A stretch of DNA of 31,656 nucleotides, from contig NIVC01001351.1 of NCBI GenBank assembly GCA_002269645.1, positions 1 through 31,656 of the forward strand, read 5' to 3'. This DNA comes from Macrostomum lignano (taxonomy: Eukaryota). Numbering within the stretch: the first letter of the stretch is position 1; each line of letters opens with the position of its first letter. Of the stretch, positions 9,050 to 18,974 are shown one piece after another. Position numbers and translations under genes: made by a program. The notes below the pieces were generated by a model. It saw only the letters and a program-made list of their open reading frames with translations. It searched no databases and was not told the DNA's origin.

Positions 9050-10822
9050 ATTGCGGAGCTGTTGGAGTGGTGGAATGGGGGCGGAGCTGTTGGAGGGGTG
9101 GCGGTATGGGGGCGGAGCTGTTGGAGGGGTGGCGGTTGGGGGCGGAGCTGTTGGAGGGGTGGCGGTATGGGGGCGGAGCTGTTGGAGGGGTGGCGGTTGG
9201 GGGCGGAGCTGTTGGAGGGGTGGCGGTATGGGGGCGGAGCTGTTGGAGGGGTGGCGGCATGGGGGCGGAGCTGTTGGAGGGGTGGCGGTTGGGGCGGAGC
9301 TGTTGGAGGGGTGGCGGTATGGGGGCGGAGCTGTTGGAGGGGTGGCGGTATGGGGGCGGAGCTGTTGGAGGGGTGGCGGTTGGGGGCGGAGCTGTTGGAG
9401 GGGTGGCGGTATAAAAGGCGGAGCTGTTGGAGGGGTGGCGGTATGGGGGCGGAGCTGTTAGAGGGGTGGCGGTATGGGGGCGGAGCTGTTGGAGGGGTGG
9501 CGGTTGGGGGCGGAGCTGTTGGAGGGGTGGCGGTATGGGGGCGGAGCTGTTGGAGGGGTGGCGGTATGGGGGCGGAGCTGTTGGAGGGGTGGCGGTATGG
9601 GGGCGGAGCTGTTGGAGGGGTGGCGGTTGGGGGCGGAGCTGTTGGAGGAGTGGCGGTATGGGGGGCGGAGCTGTTGGAGGGGTGGCGGTATGGGGGCGGA
9701 GCTGTTGGAGGGGTGGCGGTATGGGGGCGGAGCTGTTGGAGGGGTGGCGGTTGGGGGCGGAGCTGTTGGAGGAGTGGCGGTATGGGGGGCGGAGCTGTTG
9801 GAGGGGTGGCGGTATGGGGGCGGAGCTGTTGGAGGGGTGGCGGTATGGGGGCGGAGCTGTTGGAGGGGTGGCGGTATGGGGGCGGGGCTGTTGGAGGGGT
9901 GGCGGTATGGGGGCGGGGCTGTTGGAGGGGTGGCAGTGAGCTGTTGGAGGAGTGGCGGTATGGGGGCGGAGCTGTTGGAGGAGTGGCGGTATGGGGGCGG
10001 AGCTGTTGGAGGGGTGGCGGTATGGGGGCGGAGCTGTTGGAGGGTGGCGGTATGGGGGCGGAGCTGTTGGAGGGGTGGCGGTATGGGGGCGGAGCTGTTG
10101 GAGGGGTGGCGGTATGGGGGCGGAGCTGTTGGAGGGGTGGCGGTATGGGGGCGGAGCTGTTGGAGGGGTGGCGGTATGGGGGCGGAGCTGTTGGAGGGGT
10201 GGCGGTTGGGGGCGGAGCTGTTGGAGGGGTGGCGGTATGGGGGCGGAGCTGTTGGAGGGGTGGCGGTATGGGGGCGGAGCTGTTGGAGGGGTGGCGGTAT
10301 GGGGGCGGAGCTGTTGGAGGGGTGGCGGTATGGGGCGGAGCTGTTGGAGGGGTGGCGGTTGGGGCGGAGCTGTTGGAGGGGTGGCGGTATGGGGGCGGAG
10401 CTGTTGGAGGGGTGGCGGTATGGGGGCGGAGCTGTTGGAGGGGTGGCGGTTGGGGCGGAGCTGTTGGAGGGGTGGCGGTATGGGTGCGGAGCTGTTGGAG
10501 GGGTGGCGGTATGGGGGCGGAGCTGTTGGAGGGGTGGCGGTATGGGGGCGGAGCTGTTGGAGGGGTGGCGGTATGGGGGCGGAGCTGTTGGAGGGGTGGC
10601 GGTATGGGGGCGGAGCTGTTGGAGGGGTGGCGGTATGGGGGGCGGAGCTGTTGGAGGAGTGGCGGTATGGGGGGCGGAGCTGTTGGAGGAGTGGCGGTAT
10701 GGGGGCGGAGCTGTTGGAGGAGTGGCGGTATGGGGGGCGGAGCTGTTGGAGGAGTGGCGGTATGGGGGGCGGAGCTGTTGGAGGAGTGGCGGTATGGGGG
10801 CGGAGCTGTTGGAGGAATGGCG
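9050..10822. repeat. 29-32 bp (mainly 31-bp) G-rich minisatellite (TATGGGGGCGGAGCTGTTGGAGGGGTGGCGG)n
   Basis: About 57 tandem units; the consensus has no stop codons, which explains the long ORFs on both strands. Confidence 0.95.
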
Positions 10823-11285
10823 ATGGCGTGCAAAGCTGTGATTGAGTTGTGAAGAGCGCGGATTTATCCTGAGACTTTTTGGAGTAGTGATCGAAGTTAT
10901 CAAGTCGACGAAGATCGACTCTGGGCATAAACTGTAAGTCTATGTCTATTAAGGAATGTAGTCTAAAAAATACATTGACAGGAAAGCAAAGTTCAGTTTT
11001 ACAAAAAAATAAGTTTTAGTCCATTAGGAGGTTAGCAAAATTGTCAGTAATAAACAGAGTTCCACCGGAACTTTCAGCGTCCAGGAAGTGCCCGTTGGTC
11101 AACCGCCTGCAATCGCCGAGTGTTAGTCTGCCCGTGGGCAAATGGAGCAAATCATGTTGCTTGAGTCACGTTTCTGAATTTTGTGCACGTGAAGGTACGA
11201 GTATAGAGTCAAGAAAAAACTATGGGAAACCCTAGGGCCATTGATTCATTTTTTACTTATAATGGACTCAGACCTTGACTAATCC

Positions 11286-12305
11286 CTACTTCACTGAAAT
11301 TAAACAACGAGCCGCATGCAGGACTCTCGTATGACAATGCAATCAAGGTAAACAGAATCACAGCATTTCGTGGAACTTACGGTCATTCGGTTCATGTATG
11401 TAAGTGCCGAACACCTGAACCTCGCAGAGCATCATCCATATATGGTCTCGGTTATGCACCATCACTACGTTACCCACTAGGTTGCAGTGGAAGGTCTTGA
11501 CACTGAACGCATCGTGAGACATGTACGATCCGCACTCGTTGCCATCTACTGTGACCTTGAAGTTCCACAGTCTCTTAATAGTGCCGGGATCGATTATGTT
11601 GAACACTTTGATCTGGGTGATGCGGGCAAGCCTATGTGTTTTTGCCATCCACCAGCCCTTCTCCCGGAGGGTGTGGCTGCAAGAGTTCTGATTGCCGTAC
11701 TGGTTAGTGTTTCCGTCGATGGCTCTGCTGCAGACCCATGTCGAGTAAGTTGAGCTCTGGGAGCAATTGGTGAGCGGCAGCATACCTGAAATCATAAAAT
11801 CAGTTTACGTTGTCGCATCGTATTTTTGTGTTTTCTGTATTTCTGTGATTAAATATTAATCACTAGCACTAAAATTAAATAATGTTTAGTTCGACAAGGT
11901 GTCATGGGACTTACTTGGCCAACTTGACGCTTCATAGACTTGGTTGTGAAACCTGCCTCCACAGGTGCCGCTGCTGCCACTGTACTGCATCGAGCACTTC
12001 TCTTCCTGCCTCCTCGGGTACCGACCGAACTTGCTGCCGCACCAGCACTCGTTGGAGTTCTGCAGGCCAAAGTCCTGCTGGTGCCACTTCTCACAGAGCT
12101 GGTCGCAAAGACCAACGTACATGCCTCTATCGTCGAGGAAGCACCCGATGTAGCGATACGAATACACTGGAATAGCGAGCGATCCAGCGAATTATTTGCA
12201 ACCCATTTTGTACCAACTCGCACTTCTAATGCTAAAAATGCACCAACCTTGCGATAGTGAATGAAGCAGGCAGGTTGCCATCAGTAGCCAGGTGCCGCGC
12301 GCCAT
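11286..12305 (-). CDS. Secreted WSC-domain + F-type (fucolectin) lectin protein, predicted 4 coding exons, about 240 aa: 12305-12248, 12166-11915, 11785-11381, 11293-11286
   Basis: Exon 1 MARGTWLLMATCLLHSLSQ (signal-like); exon 2 YIGCF..C...C..FGLQNSNECWCG..C..CGG..VY (WSC); exon 3 SQSS..RAIDGN..CSHT..WW..LCEVQVFG (FTP). All introns are GT-AG and phase 1 (81, 129, 87 nt), with GTAAGT donors at 11914 and 11380. The last 8-nt exon is least certain; read-through would stop at 11358. Confidence 0.8.
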
Positions 12306-14525
12306 TTTTACTGAGAAAATTTAAGAGCCCAATCTTCTCTTAGTTCGGAAATTGAGCCAGCTGGTTATTATAATTTATTTAAGAAACTCACACAACCAGG
12401 ATATGCGCAGCTCCGCTGTATCTGTAAGACTTCTCTTAGGTCTCCGGCTATACTTCTCTGGTCGTCTAGGCGGTCTTGCTGGATTACTTCCGCTGTCTTC
12501 GGAGCCTAAGAGAGCTTATAAAAGAGATCGCTACTCGTGCCTGTAGCACAAATAACAAATATGAGTCTTTAGATTTTTGGTTAACTACACTGGAATCCAG
12601 GCTATAGAATTAGAGTCTCAGCAAGAGTTGCCCATTTCCAAAGAGGCCGTGTCTATTTTATAAATCTTTCGATACACGCCATCCCCCGCCACTGATTAGC
12701 AACGGCGGGGTGCCAGAACAGACGCAGCAACATTAGATTAGCGAGTTGCTACGGGGCGAGAGAGATAATTTGAAATCTGTTATTTGGTCGCATCAGGATG
12801 TGTTCAAAGGCAGATCCACGCACGTCACCGCTGCCCTTGGCCTGTTGACCATCGCTCTGTCTCGCCCGCCAGTCGGGGTATCTTGCCGTATCGCTTCTCC
12901 TGGCACCGCACCGACTGACTCTGCCTGTACATCGGCTGACGTTGAAGTCATCTCGCTTGGTCTGTAATCTTGGGGAAAGGTGACAGTAAAATTCTTATCA
13001 TATCTATAATTTATTTCAATTTCTATCTGTTCTTTTAATTTCTTTTACTTAGGTGCCTTATCTCTAAAGTTCTGTTTCCAGTCCTTTAGCTTTCGCTTTA
13101 CCTCTGACGACCTTTAATGATGCTTAATTTTTGCTAATTTCTAATCCCTATAGTATCCCCCTCACTCCAGCACCAAATCCTTCATCTCTGTGTGCTCCTA
13201 CTCAAGTCTTCTCAAACTAGAGCTAGCTAGTACGCTCGTAATGAAGCCAAGTGACTGCCCCAGAAAATGAGTGCTTTAATTGCTAACTCGGTGTTTCCTT
13301 TCTTATCCCGGTGTTTTAGCAAATGCAGGATTTGCATTCGAAATCGAATTCGATTCGAAAATAGAACTCGAAACAAGTTTACGCGGTTTGCGAGTATAGT
13401 TTAGTTAAGTTTAGTTTAGTTCACTTGTACAGCTCAAGCTGCTGACCCAGAGACACTGGCCTGGCTATTGTGTTAGCCACATACAAGGCCAGCCCAGCGT
13501 ATTCACTTGTTTATTTTTAAAGCTTCCAATGCCACTCGATACAGCCAGTAAAACAAACTTACTTGCTAAAGAGTAGTTCTCAAGACAGGGCTTCTGGTGC
13601 AAATGAACAAAAAACATCCTCCCTGATTAGATTGGACGCGCAAATCTATTATGCATAACATCCAACATCCCCCTAGGAAGCTGTGGTGGATTTACGAGTA
13701 CACTGCCATTATCCGCCTCTCGATCAGTTAATTAAGAGGGTAACCACGACGCTCTCTCAGGCTTTGGATCATGCGTTCTCATATCAAGGGAGAAGCGGTG
13801 TGGAGCTACTGCCAGTACAGTGGACCCCATTGGGCCAGCTCTGCCGTAGCACCACCAGCTCCAGATCTGTCCTGGACTGCAACGCCCAGCTCAATGGATT
13901 CCGGGCAACGATGGTCCTGGGCCCCCATCGATCCCTGCCTCGGTGATCAACTCCCGCGTCAAGCGCTGAGCTGATTTCGAGCATCTCCGCAGTTGGGCGC
14001 GACCACCCGAAATTTGTTCTACCGCGTCCCCTGTCCTTCCACACTCGTTTTTTTAGCCCTCATGCTAACTGCAGGGGGACATTAAAAGCAGTCAGCATAT
14101 GGGCTCTCCATGCATGGCTGCTTCTCTCGCCCGTTTCCTTTAGGGCCTTTGGAGTGGCGCCCCCCCCCCAATTTCTGTCGTTCAGGCACTGAAAACGCGG
14201 AGCCCTTTTACCTGCTATACAGACTGCCACTGTCTTCACCAGGGCCAGGCTCACTCAACCTTAGGCCAAACTCGGCTCTCTCTGACGTTTGCAAGCCCAA
14301 GAGCATACTCCTGATGGGTTCGGCCTTTTTAAGCCTATAGCTTCGGGCCTCGGAACTCAGAAATGAATCACTTAAAGCTCCGGCCTCTCACTCCTGCCAG
14401 ATGGTCAGCCCCGTGGTAGCTAGATTGTGGGCGAGCAGCAAGGTCCTATAGCTAAGAGAAGACAGCGAGAGACAAGCAGGGAGAATTTGAAAGGTTGAGA
14501 TTAGCTAATCCACAGACTAACTAAC

Positions 14526-14537
14526 CCGCTGCCACCA
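14526..14537 (-). other. PBS-like 12-mer TGGTGGCAGCGG (tRNA-Leu 3' end), probable relic of a second LTR element
   Basis: Identical to the first 12 nt of the PBS at 26060-26077; preceded on the minus strand by CA plus a 5-nt spacer, as in the intact element. Confidence 0.5.
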
Positions 14538-15625
14538 GTCCGTGCGCCCCGGCTCACCAAACCGGAGCTATCGAAATCGGACTTCCGACTAGAGGGGCAC
14601 TGCACTTACCTGCCATCTAGTGTCTTTTAGCTGTCTAAATCTCGAAGTCATTGCCGAATAGAAGGGACGCTGCTGTGACTAAGATCGCATTGGCCATGCA
14701 GGGACAGAGAGGACTTCTGCAGGGGGTTCTTGCCCTGGCGAGCCTCTATACACTACTGAAAGTACTATTTCATTACCAAATTCCTAGAAGTACACGTACA
14801 AATACACGTAACTGCACGCTTTTGGCACTAAATGTGTTAACATGTCGACAGACAGCGATGATGTAGATGTACTGTTACTTTCGGAGACCTTCAGACTAAT
14901 ATTTATCTCGTTTTAGCCGCTTAGCTGCCTGAGACCGCGCGAAAGCGCCAGTCTGGCACTTAATTCGCATGCTTATCATTATTTCTGAGATCGACTGATT
15001 GACTGGGAACTGTGCCGCTTCCGGTCCACTGTGACCCCTGCCCCTAGATCTAGCCACTCATCTCAGCTGGCATTGCGAAAAAGAAAGAAAACATTAAGTC
15101 TTTAATTTCCAGATTTAACTTTCTCACTTAATCCGCAATCCTAGACACTTTAGATTGAGTTAGAGCGAATGGCTACTTTTAATATTAACTGACACTTCTG
15201 CCTCGAGATTGGCACACAAAAGCAAGTAAGCAAAAGTGCAAATCCTATCATACTACCTAGGAAGGGGTCAGACAAAGGGCGCACCCAGTTAAGCAGGTCA
15301 AGAAAGCCTCTCACCAAACCAATCAGAGGACCTATCTGCCGGTAGCCAAGGAATCCACAGAGACCGCAGCGCTCGGATGGGATGCTGCTGCTGATCTTAA
15401 CAGACGAGTGCCTGCCGGTGGTCGTTGCTGCTCTTAGATCACTGCCGGGAAATATCGATGATGCTTCTCAGGGGGAACTTAGCTGCTGAAGCCGGAACTG
15501 CCGGGGGAAGGGGGACCAGACGTCGAAGACGCAGCAGATACCGAAGGGGCCGTCTAAGACGGGGTTAGGACCGTGCAAGAAGGGAGGTCCCAGCCGGACT
15601 TTTTGAGCGCGGGTCGAGTTGCCGC

Positions 15626-15758
15626 CTTTTATAGCTCTCATGCGGCCGATTTGTTATAACGCGCGCCGAATTTTCTGATTGGCTGAGAGCTTTTGTTAAA
15701 ATAGGCGCCGAATTTTCTGATTGGTCGAGCCGGGGGCAGTCAGGTCGACTCTGATTGG
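15626..15758 (-). promoter_or_regulatory. Pol II promoter-like module: three CCAAT boxes plus TATAAAAG
   Basis: ATTGG at 15678, 15720 and 15754 (the first two inside a 20-bp direct repeat GCGCCGAATTTTCTGATTGG); CTTTTATA at 15626-15633. Confidence 0.6.
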
Positions 15759-17434
15759 CTGAGCTCAAGACCCCAAAACCTACCCCACCAGGTGGCCTTC
15801 AGACCCCAGGGAAGATGACAGGTGCGGTCATAAATCATGCGCAAAACATTATAAAAGCCACTTGTCTAGACACCCTGGCGCCAAAAGTGACAGCAAAACA
15901 CCCATAAATTAAAAGAGAATTGTAACAGAGCGAGTGGGGAGAAGGCTGGAAAGGCCTCTTTGACCCAGACAGGCTGGAGCCAAAAGTGACAGCTAGACCG
16001 CCATAAATCACTAAAAACAGTGAAAAAGCCGCAAATCTGGGGGTCAGATGGGGTTAAAACCATCACTCCCAGACTTAGTGTCGCCCGTCTACTGCTAGAG
16101 GTCAATCCGTCTCAAACCCAGACAGTCTGACCTTCAAAGATGCGTAACAATCCAAAATTAGAATCCTAAGAGAAGTACATTGAGTATTTATCATAATTAA
16201 ATAGTGATGGCATAAATTAGTGTAGAACTTAGCCTGGATGAGAGAATGGAGAGAGGTTCCTAAGCTAGCCTAACTGACAGTATTCCCCTATAGGGGAAAA
16301 GCGCATCGCGAAATGTGCGGTTTTAAGATTGCAAAAAGATGCGTCCTCATCACTCCGCTGCACGCCCGGTACGTCAGGGACACGTAACAAGCTGAGTTCT
16401 TTTCCCCACCTCAGCTGTGAGGAGGATAGCGCTGCAGTCAAGAGCGACCGTTCCTCCCTGAGCGACAGTTGTGGTGGTGTAAGCTCCACTGCAAAACAAG
16501 AGCTGTGAATTGATAAACATTCAGCAAATATATGATAACGAAGTCGCATTCCAAGCTTAATAGCTACACACCAATTATTAAGTTCACAAGTACCTAGCTA
16601 AATTCGTGACCATTGAGGCACACAGCTGTTACCAAATAGCTATACCCATGGTTTAATGAGCTGAACTCAATAGACTAGAAGTCCTTAGCTGAAATATTTT
16701 GGGGCAAAACTTTTGAACCATAATCTATAAGATTTTACTACGGTCGCATTTGGGGCCTAAGTTTAAAATTTTGATTTAAAAGTTTTAAAATATAGCGACA
16801 TGGAAAGATGCCAACATTTTGCAACGGATTGATAACGAGAAAACGTATTAAAATAAATATGCTAAGCACTAATTCTCTACACATTTTATAAAGGTTTTGT
16901 AAGTCTTAAGGACCTTATAAAATTATTATAAAATCCACTCTAAGACATAATTAAACGACCTTAAAATATCTTGAGTCATTGAAATCTCATCCGCATAATT
17001 TAGATTTTAGTACCACGTAGTTACAAATACAAGTTGTGTGTGCGTCTGTGTGTGATGTGCTATGAAGGTTAGCTTATTCACTGAGTAAGACTAGCATGCA
17101 TGCATTATAGAAGTAGTAGTTATAATATATATATATGGCAAACTCAAAAGCAAATGCTTTTATGTCTCGAGCTGTCTTTCAATCATCAGTAACAGCCAAG
17201 CAAACAACCATCACTCTCAGTATGTTATGACGTCTCTAAACTTAGAGAATTCATGCAGAGAGGTTTCGGTTTGCAGGCCGTCCCACCAAGTCCCAAGGCC
17301 CAAGAAAAGACTAGGCGGCTAGGCCTAGGCCCCATTTAAGCCGAAAATAAATAAAAACTTGTAAGTTAAGTGCAATGTTTCAAAAATGTTTGAACCATGG
17401 TTGACAAAATGACAATGATATAGGACACCCATGT

Positions 17435-17539
17435 AGTAACGAGTGCTGGCTACAATTGCCTTCATTTACTGAATGGCTGCTAGTTTAACTAGTTTTTAAC
17501 TGCATCTAAAGCTTTGATTTGTTGCCGGCACTCGTTACT
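17435..17539. repeat. 16-bp inverted repeat (15/16) with 73-nt spacer, probable MITE relic
   Basis: AGTAACGAGTGCTGGC 17435-17450 versus GCCGGCACTCGTTACT 17524-17539; hAT-like end CCTGACCCCTG at 17558-17568. Confidence 0.5.
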
Positions 17540-18161
17540 GCACCAATCCTATGCACTCCTGACCCCTGCCTAACAATGATTCAATATTTTTATTTGAGAT
17601 ATATTTCTTCATACATTTTAAGTTTAACATGAATTCTAACACATTGGTCTTGAATCTATATAACTTTGTCTTTATTTTATGCAATATATAGCTTTAAGTA
17701 TCATAATATATAATAATAATGTCATCTTTAAATCAATTAGGCCCTAAGTCTCTTAGAAAAATGCAATTAGATGAGCAATTTTTTAAAAACTCTTTTAGAC
17801 CTGTCTTTAGTTATATTGATTGCAATATTAGGCTCTATCAAGAAAGTATTGTTTATTTATAAGTGATTTTTTGTTTTTATTAGATATAGGGTGCCTATAT
17901 AATTTTGTGAACTTTATCTATTATTCATAATTATTTTTAATTTAGGCTGTCGTATATAGGGGCCTATATTTATAATATTTTATAAACCTACAATCAAAAT
18001 AAGATCTTGTTAGTTATTACTTGCACATTGTCTTTGGCCAAGTTCATAAGAAAAATATCCATTTAAAATATTTTAAACAGATGTTGCTATTATTGTTCTT
18101 CTGGTCTCTCATTTCTATGGCTCTGGGTCTACTTCAAATATCAATGTGAAAGCCAAATAAC

Positions 18162-18530
18162 TGAGGCGGCAGATTCAACTGATTTTTCGGTTTTTCGATT
18201 TTTAGCGGTTTCTGATACTCCCAATTGGGGTTCTTATATTCTAAGAAATGATTAAGTCTTTAAGCGATTTCAATATTTAGAACAAACTAAATTTGCTTAT
18301 CAAAAACCGAAAGGCAGCAAACGGTTGCTTCCTCAAGTCTGCTCAGCGTGTCTATTTATACCCAAAATTTGTTATAGTTTAAACAAAATAATAATTGCAG
18401 AAATATTTTTGCAAACCACAACATTCAAACAAATATTTCGCGCAGATTTGAATAAAGGTTTTTCTAAGAAAGGCAAACATAAAACGAGTAAAATTTAAAA
18501 GTATTAGAGCTATTATTAATGCCTGTCTCA
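18162..18530 (-). repeat. 3' LTR
   Basis: 18203-18530 matches 26468-26795 with 4 mismatches; starts TGAGACAGGC on the minus strand directly after the PPT; left boundary TGAGGCGG at 18162 is inferred. Confidence 0.85.
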
Positions 18531-18543
18531 GCTGCCTTCCCTA
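18531..18543 (-). other. Polypurine tract
   Basis: TAGGGAAGGCAGC immediately 5' of the 3' LTR on the minus strand. Confidence 0.65.
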
Positions 18544-18974
18544 AACGCAAATTTTGAACAATAAAATTTACAAAAATGTTTGCGTGAAAAATTTGCTAAG
18601 TAGTATTACTAGTATTATAAGGCAAAGATTTGTGAAGAAATTCAAAAGAACGATAAGTACATATTTATGAAAAAGGCAGTAAAAAGGCAATGGCATAACA
18701 AAACTATTTAGTAGGTGCTAATAATAAGGAAGAGTTAGTAGTGTGAAACAAAGCAAGTGTAGCAACAGAGAACTAAAATACAATTTAAGCAAAAAAGGCA
18801 ATACAGGTAACGAAAAATAAAAAAAATGTAAGCTAGTAATAATTTCCTATAAGCATAATTGAAAGAAGAATTTAGCTACTAAATGCTACAAATACTACTA
18901 AGCTAGTAATAAAGCAAAAACAAAAACAATATCAGTACTTTTGCAAATGTTCGATTCAGAGTAACCCTTGTCAT

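Noticed and set aside
9022-10928. Long ORFs of up to 626 aa on both strands
   Set aside because: Translations of a stop-free 31-bp tandem unit; several frames are open at once
13337-13359. Palindrome TTCGAAATCGAATTCGATTCGAA as a heat-shock element
   Set aside because: nGAAn units are not in canonical alternating phase and no adjacent TSS is supported
14604-14612. U1 snRNA 5' end (ACTTACCTG)
   Set aside because: Only 9 nt match; better read as a splice donor on the minus strand
18080-18161. Host exon disrupted by the Gypsy insertion (acceptor TTTAAACAG)
   Set aside because: All frames close within about 30 codons and nothing coherent resumes after 26795
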